DNA from: Octopus sinensis
Lineage: Eukaryota
Direction of reading: 5' to 3'
DNA length: 64,000 bases
Assembly: GCF_006345805.1 (NCBI RefSeq)
Contig: NC_043002.1
Coordinates: 27,404,001-27,468,000 of the forward strand
This document shows positions 53,879 to 64,000 of this stretch, piece by piece. Numbering within the stretch: the first letter of the stretch is position 1; each line of letters opens with the position of its first letter. The notes below the pieces were generated by a model. That model searched no databases. It saw nothing but the letters and a program-made list of their open reading frames with translations, and had not been told where the DNA came from. The translations under genes were made by a program, and so were the position numbers.

Positions 53879-54669
53879 ACAAATAGCATAAAACGATTTA
53901 TAAAAACTTTATAAAGCGCAAAATGCATTAGAATAAAGAAATAGATGTGTCAAATTTCTAGCAAAAATAAAGATTTTCGTCAAAATATAATAATGGTGCA
54001 AAATGAGCAGCTCTCAAAGTTTACTATATAACTTACTACTAATTTCATACTTGACGACCTAATAATAAGGTAACAAAAATATCTCAGACTGTCTTAATGG
54101 ACCAGTAAAGCATAATGAAAAATCTTATCCCAAACAAAATTGCTTGAGTTTGAACGTGAAATCAAAATACTCACATGAAAAGGAGAAGGCACAAAAAGAA
54201 AGTCTTCTTTAGGTTTGAAAAAGCGTTTGCTTCAGTATGATACAAGACAAGTCAACTGTTGAAAGAAAACAGCTCACTGACTGCAGAGCGCCAAAGGAAA
54301 AGTGGACTACTGAATGTGCAGTACAAATGTGATTTCTCAACTCCGTTGGAATACGTGCAGGCAGGTGTACTTGGTGAGTTCTACACAGAAAATGGCACAT
54401 TTTTATTACTCTACATAAAAATGGCACTTTCTTATTACATCAAACTACAGGAAACTGATGTAATATTAGCCATTGATAAAATGAGCTTAAACTCAACCAC
54501 AAGCTTTGATGACTGGGTATTGAAATAACTAATGAATCGCTCAAATGCCATCGTCATACATGTGAATTTAGCAAAGATTCATCACTGAATGATGTCACAA
54601 GTTACCGAGACTTGGCATAGTCGGAAAACTGGGAGTTTGGTTACATGACTTCTTAAAAAGACAAAAGCT

Positions 54670-55560
54670 ATGCTGTTGAAGGCAACGGGGTACTCTCTAA
54701 CGATACAGTAATCGAGAGTGGAGTGCATCAAGGAATTTTCTTGGGGCCCTGCCATCAGTTACACATACAGACACACTTGCTAGTTATGCAGATGGCACAG
54801 AAATAGTGCAAGCAGTCAAGGAAACTTTTCAAGCCTAAGCTTCTACAAAAAGAGCTAGAGGCTATGTATAAATGGCATGAAGTAAACAACATTTTAATGT
54901 AGGGTAATTCTAAGCCCTTCGCTATCAGCCCATTTGCAGCAATCCCAGACTCAAGTAGAGTACGTGATCTGGGAATTGATATGAGCAACAACACCTCCTT
55001 TCATGTACGTATCACCAAGATTGTGGCAACATGCAGCTTGATAGCCAGATGGTTTCTGAGTTCTTTCAGAAGAAGGAACCAGAAAACTGTGATGGTTCTA
55101 TGAAGGACATTGCCCTCAACCGTCTAGACTACAATTCACAACTCTGTTCACCTTAGAGGGTCAAATTAATAGCGGTACCTAAGGTGGTTCAGTGGTGCTA
55201 CACCAGGAAGATTACATCAATGGAACAGCTGAGCTATAATTGCGTGGGACTGAAAGGGTTACGACTTTGTTTCCTGAGAACGAATATGGGAAAGATATGC
55301 TGTGACATACGTCTGGAAGATTCTGGAGAGGTTGGCACATTTAGAATTATGCCAGCCCCAAACTGGACGTCACTGCATTGTTCCAAATGTTCCACCCATA
55401 CCATCTAGAGTGAAAACCATGCATTGCAAAAGTTTGTGATTCAAAGCCAGACAGCTATTTAATATCTTGCCAAAATATCTGAGAGATTTATACTTTATAG
55501 TGGGAGATGTTTTCAAGAAACGATTTTAACTCGTGCTGTCCAAAGTCCCAGTTAAACCTA
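54670..55560 (+). pseudogene. Decayed CR1-like LINE RT (C-terminal half)
   Basis: VIESGVHQGIFLGP; VRDLGIDMSNNTSFHVRITKIVA; RLDYNSQL; QWCYTRKITSMEQLSY; QLFNILPKYLRDL; FKKRF. Confidence 0.8.
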
Positions 55561-55736
55561 CATCATGGTTAGAAACTCCAAAAATAGCAGCGATATAGAA
55601 CTCGTTCATTCACCAAAATCCAACCACAAAAGAATGATCATTGAAAATGTGGTAATACTGGCGGTGCACCAGCGTAGCTACTGTATTTCGGCTGAAACAC
55701 ATAGAAGTATTAAAAAACACACATCTCTCTCTCTCT

Positions 55737-55789
<53 letters not shown>

Positions 55790-57684
55790 ATATATATATA
55801 CATATCGCTGTTTTTCGGAGGTTAAGGTCCCTGTTAGTGTATATATTTACATTTACATGCGTTGTCTACAGTATTAGACATTTTTAGCTTTTGTTTCTAG
55901 CAATGAAGATTTAGTGACAATTGTAATTCTGTTCTGGGGAAACATTGCAAACTGCTGTTTATATTCATTTTTCATATACGCATAAGCGAATCGTTAAATC
56001 GTGCATGACGAAAATATATATATACGAAGAAGAAAAATCAAACCCGAAAAGTGACGAATTCAAGTTAGACTTAACTGATGAGGCAACGGAAATTACCACA
56101 AATGACATCAGTATTAAGAATTCTCAATTGGCACTTTTTGGACGATTAAGTTTCTTGTTAGCGTTTATGTTTATATTTATGTGCGTTGACTACAGTATTA
56201 GAAGACCATTTTCGCTCTGATTTGTAGCAATGTAGGTGTTTCTAACATCCTACTCACATTTAGTGACAATTATATATATATAAATATATTCTACAGCCCA
56301 TTTCCTTCTCTGCCTACCGAAGCCACTCGTAATACTTTGGTCAGCGTGGGGCAATAGTAGAAGACATTTGACCATATTTCCACGTTGTGGGATTAAACAC
56401 GGAACCACACTGGCACTTCTTTACCTAAACACACACACACACAAATATACACGCACACGCATACACAAACACTCACACGCACACACACACATATATTATT
56501 TCAATTAATGGTATACATTTAATAGATGCAATAACATGATTGTTAGCTCTCTATTGGAATACATATTTGTTACGAACAAGTGACGCATGGATAAATCGTT
56601 AGTGAAAGGGAATTTCTTTATGGTACTTTCCTTGGTATTTCACATTATAACTTCAAACCTCCTCAGGTCATCTTTGCCTTTCGTTCTTATGGTGTCAATA
56701 AAATAAATTAGGCGTCAAATTCTAGAAGTGATGGCATGAACTTAACCATATACTTCAAAATAGGTGCCCTGTATCTGAATTAAAGCATATTATTTATAAT
56801 AATATCTAAGGCGGTGGATTGGCGAAATCATTAATGTATGTATATGTCTATGTAACGATGGGCATCATCTAAAAGTAGGTGGCCTCTTATAAATAGAAGC
56901 CAACTTCTACTTTTTTCATATAACATGTTGAATTCTTCTGCTTGTGGTACCGTCTCAAAATTTAGAACTGAGCGTACATTGAATGTCCATAATTCTAATG
57001 TATTTGATCTACTATGGTATATCTGTTTGATACAGGCTGACATATCTGAATAACAACTAAATATGTATCAACAACAAAGCTTATGTATGACCACTTATCC
57101 AGCTGGAATATGAGATATATCTTTCAAACCACGGCCGGTTGAATAATTTAGTCAGTTGCATATTATTTCATAAACAAAAAGAATTAGCCGAAATTGTTAG
57201 GGCTTGAATGCCTTTTAGTTTCTGTTGCCTTGCAATAAAATAGGATTAGGGCAAAAATTAGTGGTAAACAACAACAAAAATAACATCAAGCACATGAACA
57301 ACAACAGGGGTAGAGTTTGTATAAATTACTACATAATATTACAGAAAATTTCTCTTTAGAAAAGAATTGGTGCGATAAAAAGTAGAACATACGTTTGTCA
57401 TTAAAACTGAAACCAACATATTTGCTTTAGTAAGAGTTTTTAATAAAAATTCCAGATATTGAAAAATGCAATCTCTCTCTAGGGACAAGGTAGGTATAGA
57501 AGTGTTGTCAGGTATACTTGGCGTTATGTGGAATCCTCTGGATGGGGGAGGACCGATTGGGTGCTTCAGTATTGTACACCCATTACCCGTCTTCCAGCAT
57601 CCAGTGAAACCTTTCAAAGTAGACGTTAATGAAGTTCTGTTTGACCGTTATGATAGCAGGATGATCCGAGGATTGAAGTTTGCT

Positions 57685-58040
57685 TGGTTCGTTCGTTCGT
57701 TCGCTCGTTCGTTCGTTTGTTCGTTCGTACGTTCCTTTGTAGGTCGTTTGGTTGGTTGGCTGGTTGGCTGGTTGTTTGGCTGGTTGGTTGGTTGGTTGGT
57801 TGGTTGGTTAGTTGGTTAGTTAGTTAGTTTAACAGTCGATCGCCTGCTTAGATGGTTGGTGAGAGGGTTCAATGGCTGGTTGGTTTGATGGTTGGTCGGT
57901 TGGTTGACTAGCTTGTTAGTCGGTTACTTAATAAATTGTTTGGTTGGTTTTCTAGCTGGTTGGTTGCTTAGTTGGTTAGTTAGTTACTTGGTTACTTGGT
58001 CAGTGGGGTGGTTTGATCGTTCGTATGTTCGCTGGTGAGT
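57685..58040. repeat. (CGTT)n/(GGTT)n/(AGTT)n compound tetranucleotide tract
   Basis: Directly visible. Confidence 0.9.
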
Positions 58041-58569
58041 TGGTTGCAGGCAACCATTAAAGATATCCAGTTAATTAGCTATTAGATTTTCCACAATGGC
58101 ATGGTTATATGTTTGTCAGAAAGCATGCTATGAAGTGACAGACAATATTTTATAGATTGCAACAAACCAATATATTCTAAATCAATTATACTGTCAAGCA
58201 AGATAGGTGCATATATCTTCCTCTGAAAAGAATTCGAGTGATAATAAAATACTTGATATAATTTCATTTCATTATATATTTCATTGTTCTTTTCAGCATT
58301 TTATTATATTATTTTCATAACCTATTTGTTTATTTAACTTTTTTCTATTATCATTTAATTATTCCATTGTTTATATTTCATTTCTTTCATCAGTTGACGA
58401 GCATAAAACAAATTACATTCTCCAAGCGGATTGTTATATTTCCCATCGTATTTTCTCTGCGTTCATTGTTTTCATGCCAAATAATAAGGGCAATGGTCAA
58501 TCAACACAATACCTTCATATTTATTGATGGAAATTCATAAAATATTGCGAAAGAAATATAAATTAATGA

Positions 58570-58661
<92 letters not shown>

Positions 58662-58822
58662 ATGGCAACAGATTAATATAAGAGTGTGTGAGAAATACAT
58701 GAATACACATACATGTAGGTATGAACAAATAGAACACACATATACACTTATATCATACAGATACACAAATACAGACACATACCACGTACTCACTCACACA
58801 CAAATTCACACATATATATATT

Positions 58823-59041
58823 CGAGGGGTTGGTGAAAGGTTCCTGGCTTTAAGTGTATCGTGAAAAGTCAGGTTCGAAGGCCTAAACATTCCGAGTTCT
58901 TTTATAGAACTTAGAAAAAAAGGAAGTACTGTTGAAATAAGTGTGTCAATCTTAGAGGGGAATATGTTGAATAAAATCATCATTAACTGATCCCTTGCAT
59001 TTTCTTTTACCCAAAGCCAGGAATCTTCCAGCACCACCTCG
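58823..59041. mobile_element. ~220-bp mariner-type MITE
   Basis: Imperfect ~28-bp TIRs: CGAGGGGTTGGTGAAAGGTTCCTGGCTT and the reverse complement of AAGCCAGGAATCTTCCAGCACCACCTCG. Confidence 0.7.
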
Positions 59042-59080
59042 TGTATATGTATATGCATATATATATATATATATATATAT

Positions 59081-59130
<50 letters not shown>

Positions 59131-59226
59131 GTTGTATGTATGTATGTATGTATGTATGTATGTATGTATGTATGTATGTATGTATGTATGTGTATGTATG
59201 TATGTGTATATATATATATATATATA

Positions 59227-59460
59227 CTTTATTTTAAGCAGCAGAAAATTCAACAAAATCTGTTACTCTGAGTTTCTCGTTGCCGTTCATCAGACAGTTT
59301 TTGCTAGAATCTAGCAAAAACTGTCTGATGAACGGCAACGAGAAACTCAGAGTAACAGATTTTGTTGAATTTTCTGCTGCTTAAAATAAAGCATATTACT
59401 CTACCACTGGTATTTGAGTACTCTTTTTTCCACCTTGTTTCACATTTATGTGTTTACTCC

Positions 59461-59463
<3 letters not shown>
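59227..59463 (+). mobile_element. Miniature PLE-1 insertion forming a perfect palindrome (82-bp arms, 1-nt loop) with two back-to-back hammerheads plus tail
   Basis: 59227-59308 is the exact reverse complement of 59310-59391. The tail at 59392-59463 matches 2483-2558. Both sides abut (TA)n. Confidence 0.93.
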
Positions 59464-59532
<69 letters not shown>

Positions 59533-59756
59533 TATATACATATATATATATACACATGCATACATATATATTGCATTTCGGGATGTTCATTTCCTTCTTT
59601 TGTTTTGCCAACTATATAATCGTTCTTCACTTGTTTATTACTGTTCTTATTTCAGTTCATATCCACTGTCCGGATATCTTTCGTCCTTGTGTGTGCTCCT
59701 ACTCCGCTTAGTCCATTAGTTGAAAAGAATTAAGGAGTACACACGAGGACGGAAAG

Positions 59757-59800
59757 TTTTGCTGAAGAGGTCACTGATGTGTGACGAAAGATATCCGGAC
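59757..59800 (+). ncRNA. Hammerhead-like motif upstream of PLE-4
   Basis: TTTG-CTGAAGA-G-GTCAC TGATGT GTGAC-GAAA-GATATC-CGGA. Stem I relies on G-U pairs. It lies in an imperfect inverted pair (59575-59700 and 59730-59870). Confidence 0.55.
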
Positions 59801-59929
59801 AATGGACATGAACTAAAATAAGAACAGAAATAAGCGAGTGAAGGACGAAATACAACATCCCGAAATACAACAATATCTGTCTCAAGACACGGTTTCACAT
59901 CAGGAATCTTGCAACACAAAAACATATAT

Positions 59930-61070
59930 ATTTACTTTAATTAAAGCTGCAAAGAAACTTTGTGAAGAGTTTTCTTGAAATTAAACTATACTAGAAAACA
60001 GTCGAGAAATATGGAAACGCCTTTTCAAACTACGTTCAAAATAACTGGAAAAGATATCTCGATGACTACTTCATCATCTGGAATGAAAGCACTTATAAAT
60101 GGAATAAAGGAAAACCTCCAATTTATGATAGAGTATAACCAGGAACAACTACCGTTTTTAGATATCCTTATTAAGAAAGTCGGGAACAAAATAGAGACAG
60201 ATATCTACTACAAACCCACAGACTCGAAACAGCCCCTGCCATTTAGTTCTTGCCACCCGAGACAGACCAGGATGAATATCTCCTTTAGTTTAGCCAAAAG
60301 AATATGCACAATAGTATCAGACACAAACACTTGTTACACACCACTCCAAGAACTAAAAACTACACTAATCAATAGGAATTACCCATAACCCTTAATCGAC
60401 AATACGATCGAAAGAGTCCTTAAATTCAATACACAAGAACTTAGACAAACAAGACCAAAGAAGGAAGAAAAATTGAAAACTCTGCCTTACATCTCCACAC
60501 ACAACCCACATAAAAACACTATACTCCATAGAACAACTCTACTGAAGAGGGACCAAAGGTGAGTCAAATCCTCCAAAAACACACCTTCATCAAAAGTAAG
60601 AGGTTTGCCAAAATCAATGAAGAGGATTTTAACCCAGGCCAAATTACACTCAACAATAACCACAAAACCTACAGTAAAAAAGTGCACGAGGCCAAACGGT
60701 GGGATCTGTATCAACATAATAGAAGGATCAGAATACCGATTGGCACAAGGCCAAAATTTTACCATAAAAACTAACTTTACATGTGCATCAGAGAATTTGA
60801 TTTACTTAATTACATGCTGGGGATGCAAACGGCAATATATTAGACACACAAAAGCAACCTACGTCAGTAGTGCACAAATCCCAAATAAGAATTCCGGAAT
60901 ACAGAAAAATATCTGCTAGCGAACACATCGACAGATGAGCATCCAATAATTATCCCAAATTCTCAACTTTTCCATTATACAAATTCAAAGATAGTGCTAG
61001 CCAAAATGAACGCATTAGAAAGAAATGCACTTCATAAGAAAGTATCGAGTGAGTCTAAATTCTTTAAGCT
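59930..61070 (+). pseudogene. Decayed Penelope/Poseidon-type PLE (PLE-4): RT thumb plus GIY-YIG
   Basis: LPFLDILI..IETDIYYKPTDSKQPLPFSSCHP..SFSLAKRICTIVSD..LINRNYP; TLPYISTHNP; FIKSKRLPKSMKRILTQAKL..KKCTRPN..FTCASENLIYLITCWGCKRQYI; FIRKYR. It is homologous to PLE-2. Confidence 0.9.
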
Positions 61071-61511
61071 CGGAATACTGAACCTATATATATATTATTC
61101 ATAAGAGATAAATCCATTTCTGTGAAGACCTCAGCGGACATAACTTTGCAAACACTATTATTGTTACTACTACTTATTTGACAACTACGGCCACTCCTTT
61201 TGAAAACAATTTTGACCACGCTACTTAACTTACCATCACAGACAACAGGTGAAATTACTACTAGCAGTAAAATTAATGGAAATTACCACGTGCTCTTACA
61301 GCAAAAAGAAAAGTACACTATGAACGTTTATTTAAAAAATATTCTTTTTTTTCTCTTCACATTTCATTTAACTACATAATTTTTATAAGGTTTATAAACA
61401 ACCGAAACATGTAAAACAAAAACGTTTTTTTTAATGTATTTATATAAAGAAATTTAAATATATCTAATTTTTAAAAATAGCTGCATTTTCATTCTTTCTC
61501 ATAAATATATA

Positions 61512-61547
<36 letters not shown>

Positions 61548-61553
61548 TGTATG

Positions 61554-61638
<85 letters not shown>

Positions 61639-62699
61639 TTGTATATATACACACACATATATAAGCATGTATGAATCTGTGCATATATATATATATATAG
61701 ATGTATAACTGCGTGTGTGTATTTGTGTGCGTCTGTGACTGTGTCTGTGTCTCCGTGTGTCTGTGTCTGTGTGTCTGTGTGTGTGTGTGTGTGTGCGCGC
61801 GTATGTGTGTGATTCGGATAAGCGTCTATTTTCAGCCGGTGCAATGCATGCAACGCATCATATTCCATTGGCGGTTGATCAGATTTTAGAAGTTTAATGG
61901 GTGAGGATTTTATGCAAAATCTAACTGAATTTACAATAAAATCTGGGACATGACCCTCACACAGAGGAGCTAATGGCCATGTTTATCTGCATTGATAATA
62001 AGCAGAACCAGTTTGTAAAGTTTCCGCTTGAGAACCAAACTAAAGTTTCCTTTATAGTACAATATTTAAAGGTATGATAATTTTATCAGTCGTGTGATGT
62101 AGAGATATTATTGATATATAATAAATAGAACACGTCGGATACCACGTGGAGAATGTAAGCCTGATAATGGGCATCAAAAATGGTTAACCAAATAGAAATG
62201 AAAAGAATGCAGATTTAACGATATATATGAAGGCATTTAAACGAGTTACACATTGCGCAGCTATTTCCAGCAGAATATACAGAAGTCTGATATGCAATAT
62301 ATCTTAATCGGTTACGATTGTGTTTCTAACTAACGATTACAATGGGGAGCTGGAAAAATACTATCAAGAGCAGAAGAAAAACTATTGACGGAAAAAAATA
62401 AAGACATTCAAAAAAGACTGGAATATATGGATTGATTTAGATGCCCATTATACTTGAAAGGAACAGTTTGTAATTATAGCTGGGGACAAATAAACAATGG
62501 GGGAATAAGGTTATCAGAATTTTCGAAGCAGCACTAATTGTAGCAGGGATAATAGATCAGCACAAATCTCAAATCGTGCAGAATATTATCATGCCTTTCG
62601 CCTGGAAGCTTATGTAATAACAGGATCAATGTTACTTTCATCTCGAAAATATCTCTAAAACACACATTTTTTCCCATGTAAAAGCAGTAATCTCATGCT

Positions 62700-63575
62700 T
62701 TTAATAATGGCAACGAAATTTACCGGAATAAGCGGAAACTAAACATCCAAGAATAAAATATGAACTTGAAAAAGTTGAATAGAACGGTAGAATTTAAGGC
62801 TCAAATTAGAAGAAATTAGCATTTTTATTATCAATTGATGCATATGCTCAAGAATTGATAGTAGCAATTGGAAAAATAATTAAAACAGAATCCGATAGAA
62901 ATTGAGAAAAAAAGAAAGGTAAGTATCAAATAAAGACGTTAACAGTTGTGATAAAAGAACACACTTAAACTAGAAATAATATGAGAATGAAACACGTGGA
63001 AGTAAATATCAATTGGCCAACATAAGAAATGAAATTAAGGCAAAGAAGAAGATAGTTGGGTCCATGAATCACATGAAAAAATGGTAAGTAACAGGGAAAA
63101 TAATAAAGAAAGCAATCAAAGGGGACAAAGTATGGACAGTTATAGTTCCAGTTATAGAAGATAAATACGGAAACATGTCAGCCAAAACAAATGAAGTAAC
63201 TGTTAAATGGTAAGACAACTACGAGGAAATTTACGACAGAGTGGATTATGGTATTAACGAGATAGAATAATCAAGAAAGGAAATTCTCTTTAACATACAG
63301 CATGAGACAGAAAGAGTTTCAGAAGAATGCGGAAACTAAAATGTAATAAATCACAATGGAACAGCATAACAAATATTCAGAACTGTTAAATCAGGGAAAT
63401 GATTATGTCCGTGCGATCCTATGCCAAATGTGCAAAACTGTTTTACATTTCCTGAGTAAACGGACAGAGTAAATTGTTATATCATTGTCTTCAAAGAAAA
63501 GAAATATGATGGAGTGTGAAAACCATTGCACAATTAGATTAGTTTTCTATTCAAGCAAAGTCATGGTATTTATTT
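62700..63575 (+). pseudogene. Decayed RTE-like LINE (RT N-terminal region)
   Basis: KCNKS..ELL..LCQMC..KKRNMMECENHCTIRLVFYSSKVM resembles the KKG..C.NYRTISL..HASK motif. The upstream boundary is uncertain. Confidence 0.6.
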
Positions 63576-63599
63576 TCCTTAATGAAGCCAGCAATAAAA

Positions 63600-63728
63600 A
63601 TCTTACAGTTCTATATTTAAGAGATGAGGAATTATGTACATTATTTACATTTGACAGATATTAGTCCTCATCTTGTTTGTTGTTAACACAAAGTTTTGGC
63701 TGATATACCATCCAGCTTTCATCAGGTG
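63600..63728 (-). mobile_element. Family A pLTR-derived repeat (decayed hammerhead)
   Basis: Matches 6297-6395 and 7621-7705 (TTAAATATAGAACTGT, GGACAAATATCCGTCAAAT). Confidence 0.75.
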
Positions 63729-64000
63729 TAATTTTTTAGATGCATAATATTTTGCAAATTCAGAAAGTTAGACATGGCGTGGGCCAATACTGGCCAAAAC
63801 CTTTCTAAGTTATTCTAAGTTAACTGTCTATCAAACAAATGTGAGCCCTTTTCTCAATACTTTTCGATGGATTCTAGAATGCATAATAAAGGAAGTTCTG
63901 AAGATTTTCCAAGAAAGATTTCGTGTCATGTGTAGAGAAGATGGTAATCTACGATTTCTTGGGATTATTGACTGAATAGGACAAAATGAAGAGAACTTAG

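Overview
AT-rich eukaryotic DNA saturated with microsatellites ((TA)n, (CA)n, (GATA)n, (TATG)n, (AAT)n, (GAA)n). I found no host protein-coding gene I can support, and most entries in the ORF track are translated microsatellite. The repeat landscape resembles what I recall from octopus genomes, but this is inference, not a database result. The window is a dense mosaic of transposable elements dominated by Penelope-like elements (PLEs). These comprise a near-intact Naiad-type PLE (45074-48751, RT plus GIY-YIG, two direct pLTRs each with a hammerhead ribozyme, only three lesions), two 5'-truncated PLEs with 0.7-0.9 kb inverted pLTRs (2483-5331, 21652-25035), two miniature derivatives of the first family (9684-9843 and a perfect 82-bp-arm palindrome at 59227-59391), and several decayed PLE ORF fragments. 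Also present are a Tx1/L1-type LINE 3' end bounded by (GATA)n, CR1- and RTE-type RT fragments, mariner/Tc1 and Merlin transposase remnants, mariner-derived MITEs, many tRNA-derived SINEs, a tiny LTR-PBS-PPT-LTR structure, and a 23-bp minisatellite amplified from an element terminus. The most notable signals are the many minimal hammerhead motifs and a series of three insertions whose inverted copy starts at the same nucleotide. All alignments and RNA folds were done by eye.
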